DNA from: a virus
Reading direction: 5' to 3' (one strand)
Virus record (IMG/VR): IMGVR_UViG_3300033149_002817
Coordinates: 1 to 64,000 of that record
Length of the DNA: 64,000 bases
The notes under the pieces were generated by a model. That model had not been told where the DNA came from. It worked only from the letters and a program-made list of their open reading frames with translations, and ran no database searches. The translations under genes were made by a program, and so were the position numbers. How positions within the stretch are numbered: position 1 is the stretch's first letter; every line of letters starts with the position of its first letter. This document shows, in pieces, positions 7,655 through 17,011 of this stretch.

Positions 7655-10141
7655 ATGCGACCGGAGCATCTCGACGTCATTCTTGAGCGTGTCGGTGCGG
7701 CGATGCAGGGCAACGCTGTAGCCGAAGCGCAGCAGAGCGTCGATGAGGTAGACAGAGGCTTCGAGTCGTTTGAGGAAGGCACGCGGGCGGAGCAGTTTCG
7801 CTGCAAAGCGCTGTTTTCTGGGGGTGGGTCTGGCTCTGGTAAGGGTTTTGTTCTGGACAACACCGTCCGCGGCCTCGGGCTTCGTATCCTCAACTCCGAT
7901 GACGTCCTTGAGGCGCTTGCGGCAAGCCCGGTCACGCGTGAGCGCTTGCAGAAGAAGCGCGACGCGAAGGGTGCAGAGGGCGACATCACCGGGAAAGGCT
8001 ACGGTCGTCGTGGCGCCGTGATCGACCTCAAGACCGAGCTGATGGGCAAGTTCGTCCAGAAGGAGCTGCGCCCCTACTCGAAGCGTCGGTACAAGAACAA
8101 AGCGCATATGACGATGGACCGCCGCAACGGTCTCGTCTTCGACGTGACCGGTGCCAACCTCGGGACCATCCAGAAGTTCTATAAGGAGCTTACTGAGCGG
8201 GGTTACGACTGCGGGATGATCTTCGTCAGTGTGAAGATTCCGACTGCGCAGACGCGTGACCTCAAGCGTAAGCGTTCGCTCGGCCCGGAAGAGGTCGAGA
8301 AAGTTCACATCAAGGCTAACGCCAACGTCTCGAAGCTGGCTCAGCTGTTCGGTGCGGAGAATTTTCGCATCGTGGTGAACGAGAATGTCAGGGGTACGAA
8401 GCGGCCGACGGCGAAGAAGGACCGCTCCCTTCCCGAGGCAATCCGTAGCGGCGCGACGATGATGCGTGCTGTCAAAGGGCGGAAAGCGCAGCAGCAGGCT
8501 ACGGTCAGCTCCGACCAGTGGACCATCAACCAGCAGCTCATACTGCAGAAGTTCAAGGACGCTCGTAGTTGGGCGACGAAGTGGCTCAAGAGGCCCATCC
8601 GGAACCCCGTCGGCAAGGCGTACCTTGCGAGCCTGAAGGAGGCGGTTGCCGCGGACGCGGGGCTCGTCGAGAAGGCGGAGATGTACGTCGTCTACCGCAA
8701 GGACGGCACCGGCTTCATCTACGAGCAGATGTTCTACGACCAGCTGACTGCTCGGGCGTTCGCACGTCGCATCAAGGGCTCCGTCATCATGGACCCGGCG
8801 AAGGTGCCCGACAGGATCGGCAACCTCTCGCAGCTCGGCGGGAGCGTGGTCGAGGGGGCGGGGGTGCTCAACGAGTGGGGGTATCGGCAGCAGCGTCGCA
8901 CGAAGACCCTCAGCCGTCCGGCCGACGAGATCGCGAAGGCTCTCTCGTTTGAGGCCGCTGTCGTGTTGTTCGGGAGCACGCAGTTCAAGTCTCCCAAGTA
9001 CAAGCTCGCGCAGGAAAGCTTTCGTCTACGCATCTCGAAGGCTGAGTGGGAGAAGGGTCGTAAGGAGCTGACGGGTCACGGCATAGCCAACAAGGCGGGG
9101 AACGTCACCTACAAGCTCGCAACTCCGGTGCGCACCGAGTTGGAGAAGATCGTCGGGGCGCGGACGGACTTCCGGCTTGGGATGGCGCTGACGAAGCACT
9201 ACAACCGCTCGAAGGCGTTCATGGGCGACCCGTGGGATAATGCCGAGAAGCGTCGGTTCGACCTGAGGGACGGTCACTGGTACAGCACCGGCGACTACAA
9301 GCCCCTCCCGGAGGCGGCCGACATCGACGAGCGCGGCTACAAGGCCAACCCGAAGGCATACGCGCAGGCGATGGCGAAGGCCGGAGCGAAGCCTTCCCGT
9401 GTTTGGTTGACCGTCGCAAACCTCGTGCAGTCGGCGGCGAAGAAGATGGGGAACGCTGTTCGCAACATGTCAGACGAGAAGGAGCGTGCCGCGTCGCTCG
9501 GACCCCTGAACACGATTCTGGACCTGACCGATGTTTCTATGGCTACTCAGGCATCGCGCTCGCATCGTGCTGAGACGGTCAAGCAGGTAGCTGCAGCGCG
9601 GGACGCAGCGCAGCGTAGTGGTTCACCGCTCTACTCCGCGCTCAACGACCTCTATCGCAAGATCCGCGCGACGACGTACAACGAGTCGGCCGAAGACCTC
9701 GACGAGTTCTTCTGGCGGAAGCGCGACAAGGGCAAGTTCGCGGCGAAGGGGCAGGGTCAGGAGCCCGCGCCACGCAAGAAGGTACGCTCGAACATCGCCA
9801 GCGACGACTACGCGAAGGCGCTTGCTCAGGCGAAGTCCGACCCGCGCTACAAGGACGAGCTGAAGCACAAGCTCGCGAAGGCGGAGAGCGCGAACGACCG
9901 CACCGGCGTCGAGCTGACGGAGCCGGCGGGACTCGTCAAGCCCGGTCAGGAAGGCGAGTGGAAGCGCGCGAAGGCGGCAGCTTCCCAGCAGTACCCGGGC
10001 ATGGAGGCGAAGGACAAGGACCGCTTCTACGCCGTCACGAACACGATCTTCGGATCGATGACCGGGCGGAGGAAAGAGGAGAGCATGACAGAGCGCACTG
10101 CCAACCTCCTCACCGAGCGGATGACCGGCATCCGGGGGTAG
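7655..10141 (+). CDS. Modular putative internal head polyprotein with N-terminal zeta-toxin-like P-loop kinase
   Basis: KALFSGGGSGSGKGFV (Walker A), ILNSDD, GLVFDVTG and MIFVSVKIPTAQTRDLKRKRSL give the zeta/AAA_33-type kinase pattern. Several basic modules follow, separated by LxE/VxE motifs. Confidence 0.8.
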   Translation: MRPEHLDVILERVGAAMQGNAVAEAQQSVDEVDRGFESFEEGTRAEQFRCKALFSGGGSGSGKGFVLDNTVRGLGLRILNSDDVLEALAASPVTRERLQKKRDAKGAEGDITGKGYGRRGAVIDLKTELMGKFVQKELRPYSKRRYKNKAHMTMDRRNGLVFDVTGANLGTIQKFYKELTERGYDCGMIFVSVKIPTAQTRDLKRKRSLGPEEVEKVHIKANANVSKLAQLFGAENFRIVVNENVRGTKRPTAKKDRSLPEAIRSGATMMRAVKGRKAQQQATVSSDQWTINQQLILQKFKDARSWATKWLKRPIRNPVGKAYLASLKEAVAADAGLVEKAEMYVVYRKDGTGFIYEQMFYDQLTARAFARRIKGSVIMDPAKVPDRIGNLSQLGGSVVEGAGVLNEWGYRQQRRTKTLSRPADEIAKALSFEAAVVLFGSTQFKSPKYKLAQESFRLRISKAEWEKGRKELTGHGIANKAGNVTYKLATPVRTELEKIVGARTDFRLGMALTKHYNRSKAFMGDPWDNAEKRRFDLRDGHWYSTGDYKPLPEAADIDERGYKANPKAYAQAMAKAGAKPSRVWLTVANLVQSAAKKMGNAVRNMSDEKERAASLGPLNTILDLTDVSMATQASRSHRAETVKQVAAARDAAQRSGSPLYSALNDLYRKIRATTYNESAEDLDEFFWRKRDKGKFAAKGQGQEPAPRKKVRSNIASDDYAKALAQAKSDPRYKDELKHKLAKAESANDRTGVELTEPAGLVKPGQEGEWKRAKAAASQQYPGMEAKDKDRFYAVTNTIFGSMTGRRKEESMTERTANLLTERMTGIRG

Positions 10142-10145
10142 TGCG

Positions 10146-13100
10146 ATGCCCGAGCTGACCGAACGACAGGAAGTTCTCGACGACGCCGCGATCAAGCGGA
10201 TGCGGAAGGACTACCTGATGCTGATGCGGAACATCGACCGCGTCACGTCTCCGCGGGCGCACGCGGTCCTGAAGAAAGGCGCGAAGACCTTCGCTCAGCA
10301 CCTCGTAGAACTCATCGTCGGTGACTGGTTCGACACGGCCGACGCGCCTATCAAGACGATCCTCCTGAAGCACAACGTCCCGGAGCGGGAAGCGAAGGCG
10401 GTGCAGCAGCTTGCTCAGAAAGCGCTGTACATGCTGGAACACGAGCTGACGATGATCCCGGATTGGCAGGATTGGGGGGAGGCGTCGCGCAAGGGGGCGA
10501 AAGCGTCAGACTCAGTCCGATGGCGGAAGCGGGTCGATAAGCACGCTCGTCAGGTCTGGAAGGACTTGGACTACGTCTCCAAGTACGTCAAGCGCGTCAG
10601 CGGGTCCACGCCGGTCGTCGGGAAGGCAGAGACGAGCTTCGACGTCGCGGGCATCCCGGTTCGCGTCACGGGGACGCTGAAGTACCCGGATGCGTTCCGT
10701 ACGGGGATGAAGGACGCGGTTCAGCGGATCAAGAAGGTACTCCCGTGGGCGATGCGGTACCGCCTCCCGGTACAGATCATCGACATGGACATGAGGGCAG
10801 ACGGCACGTACAACCGTGCAACGAAGCTCATCCGTATGTCGCACTGGTTGCACGAACCGCGCCGCGTGTCTCAGGTGTACGTTCACGAGATGGGGCATCA
10901 CCTCTGGCAGCAGCTCGGGCAGGACGCGAAGGACTACTACCGCGCGGCCGGGAACGCGAACGCGAAGAAGCTGAGCGTCCGCAAGCTGCTCGATGAGTGG
11001 CCCGAGGGCGCTCTCGGTCTGCTCGGGTACGCGAGGCAGCTTGAGAACTCTGATCCCATCCTCTCCGTGCAGCTGCAGTCGATCGAGATGGGTTACGCGT
11101 CGCGCTCTGCGTCGGACAAGACAAGCCTATTGACGCTTCTCGATCGTGGTGTAGAGCACATTACGGTCGACGGGCACCCGGTGACGTACTACGCCGCAAA
11201 GAACTCGGAAGAGAACTTCTGCGAGGTACTCGGGGCGCTCATCTCGTTCGGTCCGCGCACCGTTCACCCGCTCGTCAAGGCGCTCATGAAGCACGTACTC
11301 GGCTCCCGCTTGAAGCTCTCGGAGGCGACGATGGACACAACCGCGCCCACGAAGGCTCCGTGGCATTCCTGCACGGATTGCGACTACGGTATTCCCAAGT
11401 ACGTGGGCCGCTACCCCCAACATTGCCCGAACTGCGGATGCAAGCTCGGGGGCCAGTCGGGCTACCCGAGCATGAAGCGGCGCCTCCCGACGCGCACCGC
11501 GGACCCGGGGCCGGGCATTCCCCTTGAGGAGCGCGCAGCCTTCGAGGCGTGCATGCACGACGTAGCGCGTGGGGTGAGCTTCCCCGGCGTCACTTACACG
11601 CTCACGGAGGGCGGCGTTGCGGCGTTCCGCTACGCGCCCGACCACCTCGCGATCACGCCGACGGTCATCCGCGTCTCGCTCGACGAGGTCAGCATCCCGG
11701 CAGTCGAGGCGGAGGTCATCAAGCTCGCCGAGACGGTCGACACGCTGATGGTTGATAGCGCCATCGATGAGGGCACGCTGTCAGAGAGAAGGCAGGCCGT
11801 ACTGTCGACGAAGCACTTCGACAAGATGCGCACCGAGTGGAAGCGTATGTTGAAGCCACTCTTCACGAAGGGGCGCGGTACGCTTGAGACCGAGGCGGCG
11901 GACTCCGTCTACGCGGGAAAGTTCGAGGAGTTCGTGCGGGCGTCGTTCGAGTTTCTGGCGCACGAAGTTCCGGTTCTCCCTTCGTTGATATGGTGGTACG
12001 AAAAAGCCGACAACATCACGGGGCCGGCGAAGGCGATAGCGGATAAGTTCGCGGGCGCTTACCTGTGGTCCGAGACGTTCTACAAGCGCAAGTCTGTTCG
12101 TCCCGCGGAGGACTACAAGAAGTTCTACGGAGGCAAGGCGGAGAAGTTCCTGGAGATGTTCGTGAAGCTCCGCAGGGCTGTCGAACACTCGGGGTTTACG
12201 CTCGACAGCTGTAGGCTTATGGGAAAGGCTTCGACCCGCAACATCGATCTCGACATCAAGTACAACAACGTCTTTCGTGAGCACCTTTGGAAACTGTGGC
12301 AGGAACGCGACCCGAGCAGCTTCGATAAGAACGTGAAGAACTTCTTCGCCGGCCCGCACGACGAATCTGCACGTGAGCCGATGGCGGAGTACGCGAAGAC
12401 GCTACCTCGCGAGCTGACCGACTTGAAGTACCAGGACGTTGAGACGAGGCACGTAGACCTTGAGCACGCGGGGAAAGCGGTTCTCGCGAAGCTCGACAAG
12501 GTTCTCAAGTTCTTGAAGGGTGGCGTTGCGACTGCGAGCTATCCCGAGTACATGATGAAGCAGATCGCTACGCAGAACCTCGGTCGTGAGAAAGTGCGTG
12601 GTGAGAAGCTTGCGGTAACGGCGGACGTCGTGCGCGGGAACGACAACGTCGCCGGCTTCCGTGTCGAGAACGACATAGGGCTTCCGCGTCACGCTTGGGA
12701 GAGCTTTGCGAAGGTAGTAGCTCTCGTAGCACGTGGGTTGAAGCGTAAGGGTCTCGGCTTCCTCATCAAGCGCGTGGTCGTTCACGTCAAACCAAAAACC
12801 ATGCGCACGTTCACCGTCAAGGATACTGGAGAGAAGAGCCTGTATGGTGGCTCCTACAACCTGTCTCCCGGGTACGACATGTTGGATCTCAAGTATGGAA
12901 TGAGAACAGATCCGAGTTCAAAGCAGAAGCTCAGTAAGAGCACGCCGACGGCGAAGGGCAAGGGCGTCGTCGTCATGAACTACGACACCGCCAGCATACC
13001 GTCTGAGCAGGACGTGGCGCGCATCTTCACACACGAGATCGGGCATCACTACTACTTCGCTTTCCTGCCGCCGAAGGCTCGCGCCGCCTACCGGCACTTC

Positions 13101-16100
13101 TTTGGTTTGGCAACCAGCTTCCCGTCAGCCTACGCGAAGAGCCAGGCGATCGAGGACTTCGCCGAAATCTTCACGGCATGGGTGCTGAAGGGCACTGGGC
13201 TGATGAAGACCGGCGAGTACAAGCCGCTCGACGACGACATGATGCAACGCTTCCGCGGTGCGATTCGTCTCGATCCGGCCGCGAAGGGCGTCAAGCTCGC
13301 CGAAACGGTCGGCACGCTGATGGTGGACGACGTCACCGATGAGGACATGCTGCTCGACCCGCGCACGAAGCTGCCGGTCCCGTCGGCGGAGCCGCTTGCA
13401 GAGAGGGCGGCGCTGTCGACCACGTTCTTCAACAAGGTGCGGACCCTGTGGAAGCAGGAGCTGAAGCCGCTGCTCATGAAGGGGCACGGCACGACGCACA
13501 CCGCGGACGAAGATGACGCGGCGGCATCCGGCTTGAAGTCGTTCTCGGCGACGGCGTTTGCGTTTCTCACGCATGAGGCTCCGATCCTGCCTACGCTTTC
13601 ATGGTGGTACGACGACTACACAAGCAAGGCTGCGCTGACGGCCATCCATGACAAGTTCGCCGGGGAGAACCTGTGGTACACCAAGATGCGTGGCGATGCG
13701 GACAAGTTCTACGCGGATAAGGCGAAGCGCTTCACCGAGCTATTCCAGCAGTTCCGCGAGGCGCTCAACAGCGGGTTGACGCAGCTGCAGTATGCGAAGG
13801 GCTCGACGCGTCCGCAGGTACTCGCTTACTTCGCGAAGCAGGCGATGAGCGACAACGAGCAGCGCAAGAAGGCATGGGCGTTTTGGAAGCGGGCGCATCC
13901 GAAGCGCTTCGCGCGAGAGACTGCCGTCTTGGACGGACCGATGGATGAGACGCAGGATCATCTGTTCATCGACTACATGATCGAGATGTTCAGGGAGCAG
14001 ACACGCTCTGCACTCGACGACTCCGATCGCCGGCACACAGAGCTGAAGACCGCGGGCGACGTCATCCTCAGCTCGATCGACGTGCTCTTCAAGTTCCTGA
14101 AGGACGGCATCGCTACGTCCGGCTATCACACGGGCGCGCAGGCGGAGATCGCGCAGAAGTTCCTGGGCCGGGACGTGAAGAAGGGCGAGAAGCTCGCGGT
14201 TACGAGCGACGTCGTGCGTGGGAACGACAACGTCGCCGGCTTCCGTGTCGAGAACGACGCCGGTTTGGAGAAGTCCACTTGGGAGGGCTTCTCCAAGGTG
14301 TTGGCTCTCATCGCTCGCGGGCTGAAGCGCAGAGGGCTGGGCTTCTTGGTGAAGCGCGCGACCGTGACCGTTCGCCCGCGCAAGGGGAAGACGGTCAACG
14401 TGATGGCGACCGGCGATGACTCGGCTCAGGGGGGCTCCTACAAGTTTGGCGGGCTTGACGCTCCTTCGGCAACGGCTCCTGCGAAGGCGCGGCCGTACCG
14501 TCCGAGCAGCCCGACGACTACGGGGAAGGGCGCCATCTCGCTGTTCGTTGACGAGGTGTACCGGATGCCCGCGCGCGACATAGCGGTCGTCTTCACGCAT
14601 GAGCTTGGGCACCACTACTACTTCGCCTTCCTGCCGCCGAAGTCGCGTGAGGCGTACAAGGTCTTCTTCCAGCGTGCGACGAGCTTCCCGACCGCGTACG
14701 CGAAGAACAACGCAGGCGAGGACTTCGCCGAAATCTTCACAGCGCTGGTGCTGAAGGGCACCGGATTGATGAAGACGGGTCACTACAAGCCGCTCGACAA
14801 CGACATGATGCAGCGCTTTAAGGCTGCCATCGACATGGACCCGAAGGCGAAGAGCGTCAAGCTGGGCGAGTCCTTCGAGGAAAGTCTCTGGGAGCGCGTG
14901 AAGGATTCGCTTGGGATGCCGCGCTCCAAGATGCCGCAGATTCGCTCGGATCTCGTGCCGGAGTTCCTGGAGTTCCTGGGCGGGAACGACGTCAAGGTCA
15001 CGCGCAGGACGATGCCGGCAAACCGTCTCAAGCCGACGCAGAACGAGCTGAACAAGTCGAAGCTCGACTACATGGTGACGAAGGGGGTGAAGCAGCTTCT
15101 CAAGCCGATGATCGTGTCGTCTGACCACTACGTCCTTGACGGACACCATCGGCTTGGCGCTCTGCGGGTGAAGAATCCGAAGGCAGAGGTGCCGGTCATC
15201 GTGGTCGACCTGCACATCATGCGGCTGCTTCAGGTCGCGCACAAGTTCGCGAAGGTCGGGTACAAGAAGCTTAGCGAGGCGATCGGCGGACCGAACCCGG
15301 TTCCGACGGTGAACCCGAAGGCGGACTCGGCGGACGTCCCGGTTGCTCCGACGGACAGCACCGGCGTCGGCTCGTCGTTCAACGCAGCGCTTGGCGTGAA
15401 CGAAGCGGAAGGCATCTTGCAGAGGCTCAAGAGCAAGACGAAGTTCGTGCTCAAGGTGCTCCGGAACGCGAAGATCGGCTTCGCGAGTGTGACGCCGACG
15501 GCTCGCGCCGACAACCCGGCCGACAAACCGCTGCAGCTCAACTTCTTCAGCCCGCAGATGAAGCCGAACCCGATCCCGCACATCTACGTCGCGAACGCGG
15601 CCGACGCTTTCCGTCAGCTGCTCGGGCTGGGCATCCGGGAGCCGCAGCTCGCCGTCCACATGGTGACGGAAGCGGCGACGATGGCGTTCCTTCGTGACGC
15701 GTGGCTGCTGGAGAGCAAGCGTACGAAGTACAAGTCGGCCATCGCGGTCGTCGTGAAGAACCGCGTGAAGGGGCCGGCGGAAGTGCTCATCGGCAAGGCG
15801 TCGGACACCGGAGACGACCGCACCGGTACGTGGTGTCTCCCTGGCGGGGGCATCTCCCCGGACGACGATGACGAGCACGACGCCGCCGCGCGCGAGGCGT
15901 GGGAAGAGATGGGTGTCACGGCAACGCCCACCGGCAAGAGCGTCGAGATGCCGGGGCGGCCGGGCATCATCTTCTGCTACCTCGATTACGTCGAAGGCGA
16001 CCCGAAACCGAACGCGGAGTTCACGGCGGCGAAATGGCTGCCGGTCGCGGACGCGTGGAAGACGAAGGGGCTCTACAGCACGACGGAGCCCCTCATTCAG

Positions 16101-16640
16101 CGCCTCAGCGGCGAGATGAAGGTGACGGAAGCTTTCCCGACACGTAAGAGCAAGCCGGCGAACACGGGCGGCCGGTCGCTCGTCGGCGGGGAGCCGGCTG
16201 CGACGGAAAAGAAGCCCGGCAACAGCTTCGAGACGGACGACAAGAAGGACAACGCCTTCGACCCCGCGGACCGCGACAAGACGGGGACCGTATCGCAGGA
16301 CGACGCGCGTGCGGAGAAGAAGCTCGACATGCCGGATCAGGCGAGCGACGAGCTTGACCCGGCGGAGAGCGACGAGATGCAACAGGACGGACAGCAGCCC
16401 GGCGAGGAAGGACCGCCGCAGCCGGGGCAGCCGGCGACTCCGACCGGGCCGAAGAGCATCATGTTGCGCTTCCCTGACATGTCGATGGCGTCTGACGCTG
16501 ACCAGTGGTTCAAGTCAATGAACGTCGATACGCAGCTTGACGGTATCGAACTCACGGCCACAGCTAAGGATGCGACCGATCTGGAGGTCATTTCTCGTAC
16601 TGCGACAGCGTACGGGTTGGAGCTTTCGGACGCGGCGTAG
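10146..16640 (+). CDS. 2164-aa polyvalent protein: three HEXXH zincin metallopeptidase modules, Zn ribbon, ParB/Srx-like domain, Nudix hydrolase
   Basis: HEMGHH...YAAKNSEENFCE; CTDC...CPNC; HEIGHH...YAKSQAIEDFAE; HELGHH...YAKNNAGEDFAE; LKPTQNE...PMIVSSDHYVLDGHHR; WCLPGGG...AAAREAWEEMG. Confidence 0.88.
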   Translation: MPELTERQEVLDDAAIKRMRKDYLMLMRNIDRVTSPRAHAVLKKGAKTFAQHLVELIVGDWFDTADAPIKTILLKHNVPEREAKAVQQLAQKALYMLEHELTMIPDWQDWGEASRKGAKASDSVRWRKRVDKHARQVWKDLDYVSKYVKRVSGSTPVVGKAETSFDVAGIPVRVTGTLKYPDAFRTGMKDAVQRIKKVLPWAMRYRLPVQIIDMDMRADGTYNRATKLIRMSHWLHEPRRVSQVYVHEMGHHLWQQLGQDAKDYYRAAGNANAKKLSVRKLLDEWPEGALGLLGYARQLENSDPILSVQLQSIEMGYASRSASDKTSLLTLLDRGVEHITVDGHPVTYYAAKNSEENFCEVLGALISFGPRTVHPLVKALMKHVLGSRLKLSEATMDTTAPTKAPWHSCTDCDYGIPKYVGRYPQHCPNCGCKLGGQSGYPSMKRRLPTRTADPGPGIPLEERAAFEACMHDVARGVSFPGVTYTLTEGGVAAFRYAPDHLAITPTVIRVSLDEVSIPAVEAEVIKLAETVDTLMVDSAIDEGTLSERRQAVLSTKHFDKMRTEWKRMLKPLFTKGRGTLETEAADSVYAGKFEEFVRASFEFLAHEVPVLPSLIWWYEKADNITGPAKAIADKFAGAYLWSETFYKRKSVRPAEDYKKFYGGKAEKFLEMFVKLRRAVEHSGFTLDSCRLMGKASTRNIDLDIKYNNVFREHLWKLWQERDPSSFDKNVKNFFAGPHDESAREPMAEYAKTLPRELTDLKYQDVETRHVDLEHAGKAVLAKLDKVLKFLKGGVATASYPEYMMKQIATQNLGREKVRGEKLAVTADVVRGNDNVAGFRVENDIGLPRHAWESFAKVVALVARGLKRKGLGFLIKRVVVHVKPKTMRTFTVKDTGEKSLYGGSYNLSPGYDMLDLKYGMRTDPSSKQKLSKSTPTAKGKGVVVMNYDTASIPSEQDVARIFTHEIGHHYYFAFLPPKARAAYRHFFGLATSFPSAYAKSQAIEDFAEIFTAWVLKGTGLMKTGEYKPLDDDMMQRFRGAIRLDPAAKGVKLAETVGTLMVDDVTDEDMLLDPRTKLPVPSAEPLAERAALSTTFFNKVRTLWKQELKPLLMKGHGTTHTADEDDAAASGLKSFSATAFAFLTHEAPILPTLSWWYDDYTSKAALTAIHDKFAGENLWYTKMRGDADKFYADKAKRFTELFQQFREALNSGLTQLQYAKGSTRPQVLAYFAKQAMSDNEQRKKAWAFWKRAHPKRFARETAVLDGPMDETQDHLFIDYMIEMFREQTRSALDDSDRRHTELKTAGDVILSSIDVLFKFLKDGIATSGYHTGAQAEIAQKFLGRDVKKGEKLAVTSDVVRGNDNVAGFRVENDAGLEKSTWEGFSKVLALIARGLKRRGLGFLVKRATVTVRPRKGKTVNVMATGDDSAQGGSYKFGGLDAPSATAPAKARPYRPSSPTTTGKGAISLFVDEVYRMPARDIAVVFTHELGHHYYFAFLPPKSREAYKVFFQRATSFPTAYAKNNAGEDFAEIFTALVLKGTGLMKTGHYKPLDNDMMQRFKAAIDMDPKAKSVKLGESFEESLWERVKDSLGMPRSKMPQIRSDLVPEFLEFLGGNDVKVTRRTMPANRLKPTQNELNKSKLDYMVTKGVKQLLKPMIVSSDHYVLDGHHRLGALRVKNPKAEVPVIVVDLHIMRLLQVAHKFAKVGYKKLSEAIGGPNPVPTVNPKADSADVPVAPTDSTGVGSSFNAALGVNEAEGILQRLKSKTKFVLKVLRNAKIGFASVTPTARADNPADKPLQLNFFSPQMKPNPIPHIYVANAADAFRQLLGLGIREPQLAVHMVTEAATMAFLRDAWLLESKRTKYKSAIAVVVKNRVKGPAEVLIGKASDTGDDRTGTWCLPGGGISPDDDDEHDAAAREAWEEMGVTATPTGKSVEMPGRPGIIFCYLDYVEGDPKPNAEFTAAKWLPVADAWKTKGLYSTTEPLIQRLSGEMKVTEAFPTRKSKPANTGGRSLVGGEPAATEKKPGNSFETDDKKDNAFDPADRDKTGTVSQDDARAEKKLDMPDQASDELDPAESDEMQQDGQQPGEEGPPQPGQPATPTGPKSIMLRFPDMSMASDADQWFKSMNVDTQLDGIELTATAKDATDLEVISRTATAYGLELSDAA
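11721..14870 (+). repeat. Diverged tandem duplication (~1.57 kb x2) of a zincin module within the 2164-aa gene
   Basis: Units start with KLAETV(D/G)TLMVD at 11721 and 13293. A ~50-bp block (DVVRGNDNVAGFRVEND) is near-identical at ~12624 and ~14208. Both end KPLD.DMMQRF...D.P.AK.VKL.E. Confidence 0.9.
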
Positions 16641-16663
16641 TGGGGACTCTTTTTCGAGAGTAT

Positions 16664-16692
16664 TTGACAAGTCCTGGCGGGTGCAGTAACTT
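16664..16692 (+). promoter_or_regulatory. Sigma70-type promoter
   Basis: TTGACA-N17-TAACTT. Confidence 0.7.
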
Positions 16693-16725
16693 AGGAGTGT
16701 AAGGCACCTGTAAGGAGGGCTTGTC

Positions 16726-16893
16726 ATGGAGCTACGTCAGGAGGTCGAAGCGCTACGGGAGAAGCTCGAAGCGATGCAAGGCGTGTACGCGCGGACCATC
16801 GTTGAGAACAAGTTCCTCAAGCAGGAGTTGACGTTCCGTCGGCAACAGCGTACGAACGCTGTCCCCACGTCGGTGCGGCTGAGCGCAGCGTAG
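16726..16893 (+). CDS. 55-aa coiled-coil protein (not in ORF track)
   Basis: TAAGGAGG RBS. MELRQEVEALREKLEAMQGVYARTIVENKFLKQELTFRRQQRTNAVPTSVRLSAA. Bracketed by a promoter and a terminator. Confidence 0.75.
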   Translation: MELRQEVEALREKLEAMQGVYARTIVENKFLKQELTFRRQQRTNAVPTSVRLSAA

Positions 16894-16918
16894 AAAAGCA
16901 TTGTTCCCTCTCTCCTCG

Positions 16919-16956
16919 GCCCTCCCTCACCTAACGTGGGGGAGGGCTTTCCTTTT
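16919..16956 (+). terminator. Rho-independent terminator
   Basis: GCCCTCCCTCAC-ctaac-GTGGGGGAGGGC followed by TTTCCTTTT. Confidence 0.8.
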
Positions 16957-17011
16957 CACCCTTGTCGCAGTCGGCTATGATCGGAGGTAACCCCGACCGA
17001 GGAGGAACCCC

